Source: Candidatus Nanopelagicales bacterium (lineage in GTDB: Bacteria; Actinomycetota; Actinomycetes; S36-B12; UBA5976). Taken from it: a stretch of 64,000 nucleotides of DNA. Of the stretch, positions 49,742 to 61,743 are shown one piece after another; the first letter of the stretch is position 1; each line of letters begins with the position of its first letter. Below the pieces are notes generated by a model that was not told the origin of the DNA, did no database searches, and worked only from the letters and a program-made list of their open reading frames with translations. Both the position numbers and the translations under genes were made by a program. The stretch spans positions 11,251-75,250 of the forward strand of contig JBIJDU010000002.1 in the NCBI GenBank assembly GCA_044343935.1, in the 5' to 3' direction.

Positions 49742-50101
49742 GTGGAATTAGCCTGGCCGATCGTCGGTCTGGGGCTTTTAGCCTTTGGCTTTGGCGCATT
49801 CTCGGTTATTGCGTCGGCAATTATTGGACCAAAGAAATACAACAAAGCCAAACTCGATGCGTATGAATGTGGGATAGAAGCAACACCGCAACCAATGGGT
49901 GGCGGCAAATATCCAATTCGATATTACTTAACGGCAATGATGTTTATTATTTTTGATATTGAAATTATGTTCTTGTATCCATGGGCAGTTAACTATGGCA
50001 CACTGGGCGTATTTGGCTTAGGTGCAATTGGATTGTTCTTGTTGATTGTGACGCTCGCCTTTTTCTATGACTGGCGACGCGGCGGATTGGAATGGGACTA
50101 A
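49742..50101 (+). CDS. nuoA: NADH-quinone oxidoreductase subunit A
   Basis: 119 aa with 3 TM segments and 'YECG'. The GTG start follows AAGGAG. Confidence 0.9.
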   Translation: MELAWPIVGLGLLAFGFGAFSVIASAIIGPKKYNKAKLDAYECGIEATPQPMGGGKYPIRYYLTAMMFIIFDIEIMFLYPWAVNYGTLGVFGLGAIGLFLLIVTLAFFYDWRRGGLEWD

Positions 50102-50656
50102 ATGGGTGTTGAAGAAAAACTACCTTCTGGCGTTCTGCTCTCAAGTGTTGAGCAATTAGTTGGTTATGTTCGTCGCAATTCACTTTGGCCAGCCACCTTT
50201 GGTTTAGCATGTTGCGCAATTGAGATGATGGCAATTGGCGCTGGTCGATATGACATTGCTCGATTTGGTATGGAAACTTTCCGCGCTTCCCCCAGACAAG
50301 CAGACTTGATGATTGTTGCTGGCCGAGTAAGCCAAAAAATGGCGCCAGTGCTTCGTCAGATTTATGATCAAATGCCAAACCCAAAATGGGTGATTTCAAT
50401 GGGCGTATGCGCATCAAGTGGCGGCATGTTTAATAACTATGCGATTTTGCAAGGTGTTGATCACGTAGTTCCAGTTGATGTTTATTTGCCCGGCTGTCCG
50501 CCGCGGCCAGAGATGTTAATTGACGCAATTTTGAAACTACATGATCAAATTCAGAACACCAAGCTTGGTGTAAACCGAGTTAAGGAAATTGTGGCACAAG
50601 AGGAAATAGCGCTCAATACCAAGCCACTAATTGAAATGAAGGGATTGTTGGCATGA
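50102..50656 (+). CDS. nuoB: NADH-quinone oxidoreductase subunit B
   Basis: N2 cluster ligands 'GLACCAIEM', 'CASSGG' and 'GCPPRPE'. Confidence 0.95.
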   Translation: MGVEEKLPSGVLLSSVEQLVGYVRRNSLWPATFGLACCAIEMMAIGAGRYDIARFGMETFRASPRQADLMIVAGRVSQKMAPVLRQIYDQMPNPKWVISMGVCASSGGMFNNYAILQGVDHVVPVDVYLPGCPPRPEMLIDAILKLHDQIQNTKLGVNRVKEIVAQEEIALNTKPLIEMKGLLA

Positions 50657-51360
50657 CCGAGTCCAACAATCCATTAGTGCCGCAAGGCGCAACTGAGCTG
50701 CCATTAGTTGATGTGCGCGAAGGTTCATTTGGCGTGCGCGGCAGTGGTGACACTTCCGGATTCGGTGGTTTAGTTAGACGGATTTATCTACCACCAGCAG
50801 CATCTCGGCCGCTGCCTGGTTGGTTTGAAGACGTTGTGGCAGCACTTGAGCAAGCATTAGCCGCTAAAGATTTGAAACCAGCTGATGTAATTGAACGAGT
50901 TGTCGTAGATCGAAATGAATTAACTATCAATGTGCATCGACATCACATTAAAACTGTGATGCAGCTATTGCGAGATGAGCCACGACTAATGTTTGAAATG
51001 AGCATGGGCGTGAGCGGTGTTCACTACCCACACCAAACTGATGCGGAATTGCATGCGGTTTACCACATTCGTTCGATGACGCATAACCGCCAAATTAGAT
51101 TAGAAACAACAGCGCCAGACGTTGATCCTCATATCCCATCAACAGTTGATGTTTACCCAACTAATAACTGGCATGAGCGAGAAACGTACGACTTCTTCGG
51201 CATTATTTTTGATGGCCATCCAGCGCTAACTCGAATTGAAATGCCAGATGATTGGGTTGGTCATCCACAGCGCAAGGACTATCCACTTGGTGGTGTGCCA
51301 GTTGAATATAAGGGTGCAACAATTCCAGCGCCAGATCAGCGACGGATGTACTCGAAATGA
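50653..51360 (+). CDS. nuoC: NADH-quinone oxidoreductase subunit C
   Basis: 30-kDa subunit motif '[18 protein letters not shown]'. Confidence 0.9.
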   Translation: MTESNNPLVPQGATELPLVDVREGSFGVRGSGDTSGFGGLVRRIYLPPAASRPLPGWFEDVVAALEQALAAKDLKPADVIERVVVDRNELTINVHRHHIKTVMQLLRDEPRLMFEMSMGVSGVHYPHQTDAELHAVYHIRSMTHNRQIRLETTAPDVDPHIPSTVDVYPTNNWHERETYDFFGIIFDGHPALTRIEMPDDWVGHPQRKDYPLGGVPVEYKGATIPAPDQRRMYSK

Positions 51361-52694
51361 CCCAAGACAATTTGATTTTTGAAACAGCAACTGAAGGTCA
51401 AGAAACTTCACAAGGACGCGTTTACACCTTGTCCGGTGGTGATTGGGATCAGGTCAAAGCGGCACCAGCAGGGGAAGCTGAGCGAGTCGTTGTAAATATG
51501 GGGCCGCAGCACCCATCAACTCACGGCGTGCTTCGGTTAATTGTTGAACTTGAAGGTGAAACAGTTACTGAAGTTCGACCAGCAATTGGCTATTTACATA
51601 CTGGAATTGAAAAGAATTTAGAGTTTAGAACTTGGACTCAAGGCGTAACTTTTGTAACCCGAATGGATTACTTATCTAGTTTCTATTCGGAGACAGCTTA
51701 TTGCTTAGCAGTTGAAAAGCTTCTTGGAATTACAAATGACGTGCCAGCGCGCGCCACCACAATTCGCGTGATGTTAATGGAACTTAATCGAATCTCATCT
51801 CACTTGGTTGCACTTGGCACAGGTGGCTTGGAACTTGGTGCTTTGACTGCAATGTTCTTAGCATTCCGTGAGCGTGAAATTGTGTTGGACATTTTTGAAT
51901 TAGTAAGTGGCTTGCGAATGAACCACGCTTACATTCGGCCAGGTGGGTTAGCACAAGACCTACCACCTGATGCCATCGAGAAAATTCGCGAAGCAATTCC
52001 ACTGATTCGAAAAGGCTTTAAAGACACTGAGAACCTATTGGTTGGCAATAGTGTTTGGTTGGCGCGAACCAAAGATGTTGGTGTGCTTGATCTGGATGGC
52101 TGTTTAGCGCTTGGTGTAACTGGTCCAACATTGCGCTCAACTGGACTTGCTTGGGACTTGCGAAAGACAAATCCATATTGCGGTTATGAAACTTATGACT
52201 TCCAAATTCCAACTGTTGAAAGCGCAGACGCATACGGTCGATTCTTGTTGCGCTTAGCTGAGATGGAGCAGTCACTACAAATTGTGGAGCAGTGTCTGGA
52301 TCGATTAGCACCAGGGCCAGTAATGGTGGGCGATAAGAAAATTGCGTGGCCGGCCCAACTTTCCATTGGTGGCGACGGTATGGGTAATTCACTTGAGCAC
52401 ATCAAGCAGATTATGGGCACCTCGATGGAATCGTTAATTCATCACTTCAAGTTAGTTACTGAAGGTTTTGAGGTCCCGGTTGGTCAGGTATATCAAGCGG
52501 TGGAATCACCTCGTGGTGAGTTAGGTGTGCACATGGTTTCTGATGGTGGCACAAGACCATATCGGGTGCATTTCCGAGATCCATCATTTACGAACTTGCA
52601 AGCAATCCCAGCTATCTGCGAAGGCGGACAAGTGGCTGATTTAGTGGCAGCGATCGCAAGCATTGATCCAGTTATGGGTGGAGTTGATCGTTAA
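51357..52694 (+). CDS. nuoD: NADH-quinone oxidoreductase subunit D
   Basis: 49-kDa subunit with '[15 protein letters not shown]' and 'ESPRGELG'. Confidence 0.95.
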   Translation: MTQDNLIFETATEGQETSQGRVYTLSGGDWDQVKAAPAGEAERVVVNMGPQHPSTHGVLRLIVELEGETVTEVRPAIGYLHTGIEKNLEFRTWTQGVTFVTRMDYLSSFYSETAYCLAVEKLLGITNDVPARATTIRVMLMELNRISSHLVALGTGGLELGALTAMFLAFREREIVLDIFELVSGLRMNHAYIRPGGLAQDLPPDAIEKIREAIPLIRKGFKDTENLLVGNSVWLARTKDVGVLDLDGCLALGVTGPTLRSTGLAWDLRKTNPYCGYETYDFQIPTVESADAYGRFLLRLAEMEQSLQIVEQCLDRLAPGPVMVGDKKIAWPAQLSIGGDGMGNSLEHIKQIMGTSMESLIHHFKLVTEGFEVPVGQVYQAVESPRGELGVHMVSDGGTRPYRVHFRDPSFTNLQAIPAICEGGQVADLVAAIASIDPVMGGVDR

Positions 52695-53317
52695 TGACAA
52701 TTAATGAGCAAACTAGAGCTGAAATGCGCGAATTAATTTCGCGTTACCCAGAACCACGCTCAGCACTATTGCCAATGCTGCATTTAGTGCAATCAGTGGA
52801 TGGTTACATTACTCAAGCTGGAATTGATGCTTGTGCAGCAGAAGTTGGATTAACTACAGCTGAGGTTTCAGCGGTTGCTTCGTTTTATACAATGTTTAAG
52901 CGCTATCCAGTTGGTAAGCACCATATCGGAGTTTGTGTTAACTCAATGTGTGCCATGAAAGGTGGCGATGCCATCTGGAAACGCATTTCTAACGATCTTG
53001 GGGTCGGTCATGATGAAACCACTACTGATGGACAAATTACATTAGAGCGAATTGAATGCCAAGCAGCTTGCACGCATGCACCAGTGATGACTGTTAACTG
53101 GGAATTCATGGATGACATGGATGAGCAGAGCGCAGCAAAATTGATTTCAGATTTGAAGTCAGGTGCTGATGTGAAATCGACTCGCGGGCCAAGGGTTCGA
53201 ACCTTTAAAGAAGCAAGTCGCAGCATCGCAGGTTTTGATGATGGTTTAGTAGATGAACCGGCAACTGATGCGGCAATGCTCGCTGGTTTGAATGCGGCAA
53301 AAAAGGCAGGTAACTAA
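52694..53317 (+). CDS. nuoE: NADH-quinone oxidoreductase subunit E
   Basis: 24-kDa subunit with 2Fe-2S cysteines ('GVCVNSMC', 'ECQAACTHAP'). Confidence 0.9.
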   Translation: MTINEQTRAEMRELISRYPEPRSALLPMLHLVQSVDGYITQAGIDACAAEVGLTTAEVSAVASFYTMFKRYPVGKHHIGVCVNSMCAMKGGDAIWKRISNDLGVGHDETTTDGQITLERIECQAACTHAPVMTVNWEFMDDMDEQSAAKLISDLKSGADVKSTRGPRVRTFKEASRSIAGFDDGLVDEPATDAAMLAGLNAAKKAGN

Positions 53318-54570
53318 TGACAAAGTTAGTTCCAAACTTAACGGCACATTGGGATGAAGCAGATTCGCATACATTAGTTGGCTATCAACGCCATGGTGGT
53401 TACAGCGCACTGAAGAAAGCATTTGAGATAGGTCCAGACGCAGTAATTGGTGAAGTTAAAGAATCTGGATTGCGTGGTCGTGGTGGAGCTGGTTTCCCAA
53501 CCGGTATGAAGTGGGGCTTTGTGCCACAAGGTGATGGCAAACCGCACTATTTAGTTGTTAATGCGGATGAATCTGAACCAGGTGCTTGCAAAGATATTCC
53601 GTTGATGATGGCAAATCCACATTCACTTGTTGAAGGTGTGATCATCGCGTCATATGCAATTCGAGCGAATCATGCCTTCATTTATATTCGTGGCGAAACG
53701 CCTCATCCAATTCGCCGAGTTCGACAAGCAGTTGCAGCAGCATACGAAGCGAAACTACTTGGTAAAAATATTTTAGGTTCGGGTTTTGATCTTGAGGTGG
53801 TAGTCCACTCTGGTGCTGGCGCTTATATCTGTGGCGAAGAAACGGCACTACTCGATTCACTCGAAGGCCGCCGCGGTCAACCAAGATTAAAACCGCCATT
53901 CCCAGCGGTTGCTGGTCTTTATGCCTCACCAACTGTGGTTAACAATGCCGAGACTATTGCTTCAGTACCTGCGATTATTAATAACGGTGCAGCTTGGTAC
54001 AAATCATTTGGTACCGAAAAATCACCAGGCATTAAATTGTTCGCAGTATCTGGCGACGTAAAGAGCCCGGGAATTTTTGAAGCTCCGCTTGGTATCACAA
54101 TGCGAGAATTAATTGATTATGCCGGCGGCATGGTTAGCGATCGGCCAGTTAAATTTTTTGTACCTGGTGGATCATCCGTACCACTGTTAACACCAGAGCA
54201 TTTAGATGTTCCGTTAACTTATGAAGATATGGCAGCTCACGGCACCATGCTTGGCACTGGAACCCCGATGGTGTTTGACACTTCTCGTAGTGTGACCCAG
54301 GCGGTAGTGCGTTGGATCGAGTTTTACAAACATGAATCATGCGGAAAGTGCACACCATGTCGCGAAGGAACTTATTTCATGGTTGATATTTTGAAGCGAC
54401 TGGAGAAAGGAAAAGGCGAGATTTCTGATCTAGATTTGTTGGTTGATATCTCTGCTCAAATTTCTGGTCGAAGTTTCTGTGCTCTTGGTGATGCGGCAGC
54501 AACGCCAATTCCAGCCGCGCTTAAATATTTCCGGGAAGAGTTTGAAACTAAGTTAGTAGGTGCAAAGTGA
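53317..54570 (+). CDS. nuoF: NADH-quinone oxidoreductase subunit F
   Basis: FMN/NADH site 'GLRGRGGAGFPTG', 'GAGAYICGEETALL' and N3 cluster 'ESCGKCTPCREG'. Confidence 0.95.
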   Translation: MTKLVPNLTAHWDEADSHTLVGYQRHGGYSALKKAFEIGPDAVIGEVKESGLRGRGGAGFPTGMKWGFVPQGDGKPHYLVVNADESEPGACKDIPLMMANPHSLVEGVIIASYAIRANHAFIYIRGETPHPIRRVRQAVAAAYEAKLLGKNILGSGFDLEVVVHSGAGAYICGEETALLDSLEGRRGQPRLKPPFPAVAGLYASPTVVNNAETIASVPAIINNGAAWYKSFGTEKSPGIKLFAVSGDVKSPGIFEAPLGITMRELIDYAGGMVSDRPVKFFVPGGSSVPLLTPEHLDVPLTYEDMAAHGTMLGTGTPMVFDTSRSVTQAVVRWIEFYKHESCGKCTPCREGTYFMVDILKRLEKGKGEISDLDLLVDISAQISGRSFCALGDAAATPIPAALKYFREEFETKLVGAK

Positions 54571-56936
54571 CCGTCACTGCTAACTCAAATACAAACAGTC
54601 AAGTTGAGTTAATCACTGCCAATATTGATGGTGTTGAAGTAAGAGTTCCAAAAGGAACACTGATAATCCGTGCTGCTGAACAACTTGGGGTGCAGATTCC
54701 TCGGTTCTGTGATCATCCATCACTAGAGCCAGTTGCAGCTTGTCGAATGTGCTTAGTTGAAATTGATGGCATGCCAAAGCCACAACCTTCCTGCGCAATT
54801 CCGTTAACTGATGGCATGGTGGTAAGAACTCAGCAATCATCTGAAGTTGCAGCGAAAGCACAAGAAGGTGTGATGGAGTTCTTGCTGCTCAACCATCCAC
54901 TTGATTGCCCAGTTTGCGATAAGGGTGGCGAGTGCCCACTTCAGAATCAAGCGATGACCAATGGTCGAGCTGACTCAAGATTCGAAGAAGGCACAAAGCG
55001 ATTATTTGAAAAGCCAATAAACATTAATTCAGAGATTTTGTTGGATCGGGAGCGCTGTGTTTCTTGTGCACGCTGCACCAGATTTGCAGACGAAATTGCG
55101 GGAGATCCAACGTTAGAACTACTTGAGCGTGGTGCCAGACAGCAAGTGGGAACTGCTGATGATCGCCCATTTGAATCGTATTACGGCGGCAATACAATTC
55201 AAATTTGTCCAGTTGGTGCGTTAACGAGTGCAACTTACCGATTCCGTTCTCGTCCATTTGATTTAATTTCACATAACACAATTTGTGAGCATTGCTCATC
55301 TGGATGTTCAACTCGAACCGATATCCGTCGCGGCAAAATTATGCGTCGGTTAGCATCAAATGATCCTGAAGTTAATGAGGAATGGAATTGCGATAAAGGT
55401 CGCTTTGCTTTCACTCACACCACAGTTGATCGAATTGCGACACCGCTTATTCGGGAAAACGGTGAACTTCGTGCCGCTTCTTGGCCTGAGGCAATTAGTT
55501 TTGCGGCAACTGGATTAGCTAACAAGCGCGCAGGTGTTCTTACTGGTGGTCGTTTGCCACAAGAAGATGCTTATGCATATTCACGTTTTGCTCGTGCGGT
55601 CTTGCAAACAAACAATGTTGATTTCCGAAATAGAACTGCGTCGGAAGAGGAAGCAGACTTTCTAGCAAACCATGTGGCAGCAACTCGAATGAATGTGACT
55701 TATCGAGATTTAGAAACTGCTGATGTAGTGGTGCTGGTTTCATTTGAAGCTGAGAATGAATCACCAATTGTGCAATTAAGGCTTCGCAAAGCAGTTCGAC
55801 ATAATAAGTTGAAAGTTATTGCGATAGACAATGCAAGTCACATTGGATTTACTAAGTTAAATGCTGACGTTAGATTGGTAAAGCCAGGTACTGAAGCCGA
55901 GGCAATAGCATCACTTAAAGATCAACTCGTAGGCCAGAACGCAATTGTTTTGGTTGGCGAGCGAGCAGCAGCGGTTGCTGGCACCTACAGCGCGGTAATT
56001 TCATTAGTTAAAGCAACTGGTGCGAAATTTGCGTGGATCCCAAGACGTGCTGGCGATCGTGGTGCAGTTGAAGCGGGATTACTGCCTGGTCTATTACCTG
56101 GTGGCAAGTTAGTTTCAAACGCAGCAGACCGAGCAGAAGTTGCAGTTGAGTGGGGCATACCGCAACTACCAAGTGAAGCCGGTCTGGATCAATCGAGCAT
56201 GATTAAGGCCGCTGCACTTGGAAGACTTGATGCTTTGGTTGTTGGCGGTGTTGATATTTTTGATGTTGCCTACCACGATGAATTTAAAGCAGCATTGTCA
56301 AACACATTTGTAGTTTCGCTAGAACCGCATTATTCATCAGTTACTGAATATGCTGATGTGGTGCTACCAGTTGGTGTCATCACTGAGCGTGAAGGCACAT
56401 TTGTCAGCTGGGAAGGTCGAGAGCGTTCTTTTGCTGCTGCCCTGCATCAATCGCTTGCGCTAACTGATGCTCGGGTGCTTCATCTAATCGCAGAAAAATT
56501 AGGCGTGACTTTTGCTGATGGTGCCAAACCTGCTGCACTTCATAAATCATTAACTGGGATTAAGTCAGATCCGGCTGGAACTGAGATGACACCAGTTGCA
56601 AGCAAAACAACCGCTGGCCTTGTGCTAGCAGGATTGCGACAGCTAATTGATAACGGAAGTTTGCAGAAAGGCGAGGCTCATTTGGCAGCAACTGCACGAG
56701 AAGCAGTTGCCAAAGTTAGCAAAGAAACCGCTGCAGCCCATGGTCTAGTTGATGGCAATCTAGTTGTTTTGGAATCAGCTAATGGCAAGATGGTATTGCC
56801 GCTAGAAATTGGTGATGTTGCGGCAGAGACAATTTGGGTGCCATTAAATAGTGATGGCTCAACACCGTTAATAAATCTAGGGATTAGCATCGGCGATGCC
56901 GTAATCGCTAAAGATGGCGGTGCTTATGTTGTCTAA
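54567..56936 (+). CDS. nuoG: NADH-quinone oxidoreductase subunit G
   Basis: 789 aa with N-terminal 2Fe-2S/4Fe-4S cysteines ('CRMCLVE', '[14 protein letters not shown]') and a molybdopterin-like domain. Confidence 0.95.
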   Translation: MTVTANSNTNSQVELITANIDGVEVRVPKGTLIIRAAEQLGVQIPRFCDHPSLEPVAACRMCLVEIDGMPKPQPSCAIPLTDGMVVRTQQSSEVAAKAQEGVMEFLLLNHPLDCPVCDKGGECPLQNQAMTNGRADSRFEEGTKRLFEKPININSEILLDRERCVSCARCTRFADEIAGDPTLELLERGARQQVGTADDRPFESYYGGNTIQICPVGALTSATYRFRSRPFDLISHNTICEHCSSGCSTRTDIRRGKIMRRLASNDPEVNEEWNCDKGRFAFTHTTVDRIATPLIRENGELRAASWPEAISFAATGLANKRAGVLTGGRLPQEDAYAYSRFARAVLQTNNVDFRNRTASEEEADFLANHVAATRMNVTYRDLETADVVVLVSFEAENESPIVQLRLRKAVRHNKLKVIAIDNASHIGFTKLNADVRLVKPGTEAEAIASLKDQLVGQNAIVLVGERAAAVAGTYSAVISLVKATGAKFAWIPRRAGDRGAVEAGLLPGLLPGGKLVSNAADRAEVAVEWGIPQLPSEAGLDQSSMIKAAALGRLDALVVGGVDIFDVAYHDEFKAALSNTFVVSLEPHYSSVTEYADVVLPVGVITEREGTFVSWEGRERSFAAALHQSLALTDARVLHLIAEKLGVTFADGAKPAALHKSLTGIKSDPAGTEMTPVASKTTAGLVLAGLRQLIDNGSLQKGEAHLAATAREAVAKVSKETAAAHGLVDGNLVVLESANGKMVLPLEIGDVAAETIWVPLNSDGSTPLINLGISIGDAVIAKDGGAYVV

Positions 56937-58194
56937 ATTGAATCCAACCTTAAATGACTTTGGCTTAGATCCATGGTGGTTAGTCACGCTTAAAGTATTA
57001 GCAGTTTTCGTAGTGCTGGTACTGCTAGTGCTCTTTAGCATCTGGGCCGAACGCCGAGTTGTGGCTCGAATGCAATTTAGATTAGGTCCGAATCGAGTAG
57101 GCCCATTTGGTTTATTGCAAAGTTTGATGGATGGCTTAAAGCTTGCCTTGAAAGAAGACATTATTCCAAAGAACGCCTCAAAAGCGGTTTTCTTATTGGC
57201 ACCAGTTATTTCAGTAACTACAGCATTTATGGCAATGGCTGTAATCCCATTTGGCCCAATGGTTTCAATATTTGGTAACCTAACTCCGTTGCAGTTAACT
57301 GATTTCTCCGTATCAGTGCTTTATGTCTTAGCAGTTACCTCAATTGGAATTTATGGCATTGTGCTAGCTGGTTGGGCTTCCGGCTCTACCTATTCTTTGC
57401 TTGGTGGGTTGCGCTCATCAGCTCAGATGGTGTCTTATGAAATTGCAATGGGACTTTCATTTGTCGCAGTATTCCTTTATGCCGGCTCAATGTCGACATC
57501 AGAAATTGTTACCGCACAAGAGCGAATTTGGTATGCAGTATTGCTGCTGCCATCATTCATTATTTACACCACATCGATGGTGGGTGAAACTAACCGTGCA
57601 CCGTTTGATTTACCAGAAGCTGAAGGTGAACTTGTTGGTGGTTTCCATACCGAGTATTCATCATTAAAGTTCGCCCTATTTTTCTTGGCAGAATATGTAA
57701 ATATGGTGACAGTATCGGCACTTGCGACAACACTTTTCTTAGGTGGCTGGCGAGCACCATTCCCATTCTCAATGATCCCCGGCGCTAACGAAGGCTGGTT
57801 GCCGCTGGTTTGGTTCTTTGGCAAAGTGTTGGCATTCATATTTATCTTTATTTGGTTGCGCGGCACATTGCCAAGATTGCGTTATGACCAATTCATGGAT
57901 TTTGGTTGGAAAGTACTAATTCCGGTAGCGCTAGGTTGGGTGTTTGTAGTTGCAGCAGCGCGCGTTGCTATTTCTGAGGATCTTATTTCAAACACTAGGC
58001 TGTTAACTTGGTTAGCGGCACCAGTTGCCGCACTGTTGTTGATTAGTTTGATTTTGGAATATCGAAAATCTAAAAAGGAAGCGGTGGAATCTGAAACTGC
58101 CACACCAAGTTTTCCAGTTCCACCAATGAGCGCTGCGCGAACTGACCGCACCAACCGACCAGAAGTTGAGAATAAGCGAGGTAGTGATGGCTAG
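56914..58194 (+). CDS. nuoH: NADH-quinone oxidoreductase subunit H
   Basis: Motifs '[25 protein letters not shown]' and '[17 protein letters not shown]'. An alternative ATG lies at 56926. It has a long hydrophilic C-terminal tail. Confidence 0.95.
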   Translation: MAVLMLSKLNPTLNDFGLDPWWLVTLKVLAVFVVLVLLVLFSIWAERRVVARMQFRLGPNRVGPFGLLQSLMDGLKLALKEDIIPKNASKAVFLLAPVISVTTAFMAMAVIPFGPMVSIFGNLTPLQLTDFSVSVLYVLAVTSIGIYGIVLAGWASGSTYSLLGGLRSSAQMVSYEIAMGLSFVAVFLYAGSMSTSEIVTAQERIWYAVLLLPSFIIYTTSMVGETNRAPFDLPEAEGELVGGFHTEYSSLKFALFFLAEYVNMVTVSALATTLFLGGWRAPFPFSMIPGANEGWLPLVWFFGKVLAFIFIFIWLRGTLPRLRYDQFMDFGWKVLIPVALGWVFVVAAARVAISEDLISNTRLLTWLAAPVAALLLISLILEYRKSKKEAVESETATPSFPVPPMSAARTDRTNRPEVENKRGSDG

Positions 58195-58735
58195 ATTGCC
58201 ACAAGTTGTTCGAGGTTTTTGGCTTACTTTTTCCATGATGTTCCGTAAACCAATCACAGAACAATATCCAGAAGAAAAACACATCTATCCACCGAAGCCT
58301 CGCTTCCATGGACGTCACCAACTTAACCGTTATCCAGACGGCTTAGAAAAATGCATTGGCTGTGAGCTTTGTGCTTGGGCCTGTCCAGCAGATGCAATTT
58401 ATGTGGAAGGCGCAGATAACACTGAAGAAGCGCGATTCTCACCCGGGGAGCGCTACGGCAAGGTTTACCAAATCAATTATTTGCGTTGCATTTTATGTGG
58501 CTTATGTATTGAGGCCTGCCCAACTCGTGCCCTAACAATGACAAATGAATACGAGTTAGCAGATAACTCAAGAGCTAAATTAATTTATGAAAAGCAAGAT
58601 CTATTGGCACCACTATTGCCAGGCATGGCGCAGCCGCCACATCAGATGGTTGAAGGATTATCAGATCGTGACTACTACTCAGGCAAGGTAACAGGTGCGA
58701 CACCTGCGCAATTTGCAGAGAGCGAGCAGGCGTGA
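58187..58735 (+). CDS. nuoI: NADH-quinone oxidoreductase subunit I
   Basis: Two ferredoxin motifs, '[12 protein letters not shown]' and '[12 protein letters not shown]'. I chose the ATG at 58187; the ORF extends to 58166. Confidence 0.95.
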   Translation: MARLPQVVRGFWLTFSMMFRKPITEQYPEEKHIYPPKPRFHGRHQLNRYPDGLEKCIGCELCAWACPADAIYVEGADNTEEARFSPGERYGKVYQINYLRCILCGLCIEACPTRALTMTNEYELADNSRAKLIYEKQDLLAPLLPGMAQPPHQMVEGLSDRDYYSGKVTGATPAQFAESEQA

Positions 58736-59514
58736 GCTTAGTTTTTGCGGTCTCAGCAACTCTGGCAGTAGCAGGTGCGCTGGGTATGTTGCTATCAAAA
58801 CGAGCTGTTCACTCGGCGCTGTTTGTGGCACTAACCATGATCAACTTGGCTGTACTTTACTTACAGTTATCCGCGCCGTTTTTAGGAATGGTGCAGATAA
58901 TCGTGTATACCGGTGCGGTAATGATGCTGTTCTTGTTTGTTTTGATGATTGTTGGTGTGGATTCTTCTGATTCATTAACTGAGACACTGCGCGGGCAGCG
59001 CGTTGCAGCAATTGCAGTTGCGGTGGCACTTGGCTTGCTACTAACTAGCAGCATCGGTGGTGCGGTGATTGCATCTGGAAATTCACTGGATGCAACTTTT
59101 GCTGGTGGTAATGTGCAAGCAATTGCAAATTTGATGTTTGGTAAATACGTGTTAGCACTTGAAGTAACTGCAGCATTGTTGGTGACCGCAGCAGTAGGTG
59201 CCATGGTGCTCGCACATCGAGAGCGAATCACGCCAAAACTAAATCAGCGAGAACAGCAACAAGCAAGATTTGCTGACTATGCCTTAACTGGAAAACACCC
59301 AGGTCCGCTACCGCCTTCTGGTGTCTATGCTAGACATAATGCGGTTGATACGCCAGCGCTGTTACCAGATGGCTCCATTGCGACCAACTCAGTGCCAGCA
59401 CCGCTGCAGGCGCGAGGTTCAGTACGCGAAGTTGATCAAGTTGATACTCAGCAAATCGTTGATTTGTCGCAAGGCAATGTTGTGATTGAAGGAGGGGAAG
59501 ATGGACGTAACTAA
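58732..59514 (+). CDS. nuoJ: NADH-quinone oxidoreductase subunit J
   Basis: ND6-like TM core with a roughly 90-aa hydrophilic C-terminal extension. GTGA overlap with nuoI. Confidence 0.9.
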   Translation: MSLVFAVSATLAVAGALGMLLSKRAVHSALFVALTMINLAVLYLQLSAPFLGMVQIIVYTGAVMMLFLFVLMIVGVDSSDSLTETLRGQRVAAIAVAVALGLLLTSSIGGAVIASGNSLDATFAGGNVQAIANLMFGKYVLALEVTAALLVTAAVGAMVLAHRERITPKLNQREQQQARFADYALTGKHPGPLPPSGVYARHNAVDTPALLPDGSIATNSVPAPLQARGSVREVDQVDTQQIVDLSQGNVVIEGGEDGRN

Positions 59515-59800
59515 CTACGTAATCCTCTCCGCCATCCTATTCGCAATTGGTGCCGTTGGTGTTTTGGTTAGACGAAATGCAATTGTTATGTTCATGTCAA
59601 TTGAGTTGATGCTCAATGCAGCAAACCTTGCTTTCGTTGCGTTTGCTCGAGCGAATGGCAACTTTGATGGTCAAGTTGTTGCCTTCTTCGTGATGGTGGT
59701 TGCAGCCGCAGAGGTTGTAATTGGCCTAGCGATCATCATGGCGATTTTTAGAACAAGAAAGACCGCTTCGATCGACGAAGCGAATCTACTGCGGGCCTAA
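59501..59800 (+). CDS. nuoK: NADH-quinone oxidoreductase subunit K
   Basis: 99 aa with 3 TM segments ('[12 protein letters not shown]', '[11 protein letters not shown]'). The ATG follows GGAGG. Confidence 0.95.
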   Translation: MDVTNYVILSAILFAIGAVGVLVRRNAIVMFMSIELMLNAANLAFVAFARANGNFDGQVVAFFVMVVAAAEVVIGLAIIMAIFRTRKTASIDEANLLRA

Positions 59801-59811
59801 CAAGGAGATAA

Positions 59812-61740
59812 GTGCGATACTCATTTGCGCTGGAAGCAATTAGCCCAAGCCTGACCAATCAGGTAGCAACGGGTGGTTTTGCTAACCTATGGCTGCTGAT
59901 TGCGCTACCACTTTTTGGTGCGCTGGTTTTGTTATTGGGCGGAAACCGCACTAACAGTTTTGGTCCGTTGCTAGCTGTGTTAATGCCGATTGCAAGTTTT
60001 GGTTTTGCAGTTTACCTATGGCTGGAACTGCTGTCGCTGCCAGAAGAATTACGAAGTCAGAATTTAGTGTTATTTGAATGGATCAACATTGGCAGTTTCC
60101 AGGTGCCCTTTGGTTTGCAGTTAGATCCGCTTTCAATGAGTTTTGTGCTGTTGATTACCGGTGTGGGATCATTAATTCATATTTACTCGCTTGGCTATAT
60201 GGATCATGATCCGGGTAAACGACGTTTCTTTGGTTACTTGAATTTGTTCGTGGCAGCCATGTTGCTACTAGTGCTCGCTGATAACTACCTATTGCTTTAT
60301 GTTGGTTGGGAAGGTGTTGGGCTAGCCTCATATTTGCTGATTGGTTATTACCAGCACAAGCCATCGGCAGCAGCGGCAGCTAAAAAAGCATTTGTGGTTA
60401 ACCGAGTTGGCGATGTTGGCCTCTCGCTCGCAATTATGTTGATGTTTGTTGCCTTCCATACTGTTACTTTTGCTGGCATCTCAGAGAAAGCAGAGCAAGG
60501 CTCGGCAACCGTTCTGTTTTTAATTGGCTTGTTCTTGCTGATCGGCGCTGCTGGCAAAAGCGCGCAGGTGCCGCTGCAGAGCTGGTTGCTTGATGCAATG
60601 GAAGGTCCAACTCCGGTATCAGCATTGATTCACGCCGCCACTATGGTGACCGCTGGCGTTTACTTAATTGTCCGATCAAATTCAATTTATGACTTATCAG
60701 TTGCTGCACAGAACGCAGTAATTGTGGTCGGTGCGGTGACCTTACTAGCTGGTGCATTCATTGGCATGGCTAAAGATGACATTAAGAAAGCATTAGCGGC
60801 ATCGACGATGAGTCAGATTGGTTACATGGTGCTAGCCGCTGGTTTAGGACCAATTGGTTATGTCTACGCCATCATGCATTTGTTAACTCACGGCTTTTTC
60901 AAGGCCGGCATGTTCCTTGGTGCTGGCTCAGTAATGCATGCGATGAATGATGAAGTGGACATGCGTAAATATGGTGCGCTTCGGACAATAATGTTAATTA
61001 CCTTCGGTACATTTTTTGTAGGTTATTTAGCAATTTTAGGTGTTCCGCCATTTGCCGGGTTTTACTCTAAAGATTTGATCATTGAAGCAGCTTTTGATCG
61101 CAGCATAATTGCCGGTGTAGCAACTTTACTTGGTGCTGGCATAACTGCGTTTTATATGTCCCGGTTGATACTAATGACTTTCTTCTCAAACAAACGTTGG
61201 GAAGATGACGCACATCCGCATGAATCCCCAGCCACTATGACTATCCCAATGATTTTGTTGGCAGTTGGTTCAGTTGCAAGTGGTTATTTATTAACCTTCA
61301 ACGATTCCTTAAAGCATTGGCTAGCACCTGTTACGGGTTATCAGACGCCAGAGCCACCAATTGCTATTCCAGTTCTAATAGCGATGACGCTAACTACAGT
61401 TGCAATCGGTGTTGCCATTGCAATTCGAATGTATTTAAAGCAAGCCGATCGAGTTGCGCCAACAAATGTTTCGATATTTACCAAAGCAGCGCGTAGCGAT
61501 CTTTATGGTGATGCAATTAATGAAGCAGTATTCATGCGAGGTGGCCAGAAAGTGGTTAGTGGAACAACAACAGTTGATAACGCAGTAGTAGAAGGTTCAG
61601 TTCGATTTATTGGCCGAATCACACTTGGGCTAAGCAACATCATCCGCGCTACTCAAACTGGCTACACTAGAAACTATGCGTTAGCTATGTTGCTTGGTGC
61701 GTCATTAATGCTGCTGCTAGCTGCGATTGTGAGGCTATAA
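59812..61740 (+). CDS. nuoL: NADH-quinone oxidoreductase subunit L
   Basis: 642-aa antiporter-like subunit ('WEGVGLASYLLIGYY', 'GAAGKSAQVPL'). The GTG start follows AAGGAG. Confidence 0.95.
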   Translation: MRYSFALEAISPSLTNQVATGGFANLWLLIALPLFGALVLLLGGNRTNSFGPLLAVLMPIASFGFAVYLWLELLSLPEELRSQNLVLFEWINIGSFQVPFGLQLDPLSMSFVLLITGVGSLIHIYSLGYMDHDPGKRRFFGYLNLFVAAMLLLVLADNYLLLYVGWEGVGLASYLLIGYYQHKPSAAAAAKKAFVVNRVGDVGLSLAIMLMFVAFHTVTFAGISEKAEQGSATVLFLIGLFLLIGAAGKSAQVPLQSWLLDAMEGPTPVSALIHAATMVTAGVYLIVRSNSIYDLSVAAQNAVIVVGAVTLLAGAFIGMAKDDIKKALAASTMSQIGYMVLAAGLGPIGYVYAIMHLLTHGFFKAGMFLGAGSVMHAMNDEVDMRKYGALRTIMLITFGTFFVGYLAILGVPPFAGFYSKDLIIEAAFDRSIIAGVATLLGAGITAFYMSRLILMTFFSNKRWEDDAHPHESPATMTIPMILLAVGSVASGYLLTFNDSLKHWLAPVTGYQTPEPPIAIPVLIAMTLTTVAIGVAIAIRMYLKQADRVAPTNVSIFTKAARSDLYGDAINEAVFMRGGQKVVSGTTTVDNAVVEGSVRFIGRITLGLSNIIRATQTGYTRNYALAMLLGASLMLLLAAIVRL

Positions 61741-61743
61741 GTC

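Noticed and set aside
49678-49908. Small ORFs around the nuoA start (49678..49866 on the + strand, 49711..49908 and 49557..49799 on the - strand).
   Set aside because: They overlap the conserved nuoA frame or the menG 3' end, and have no RBS and no conserved features. The region is better explained as the nuo leader plus nuoA.
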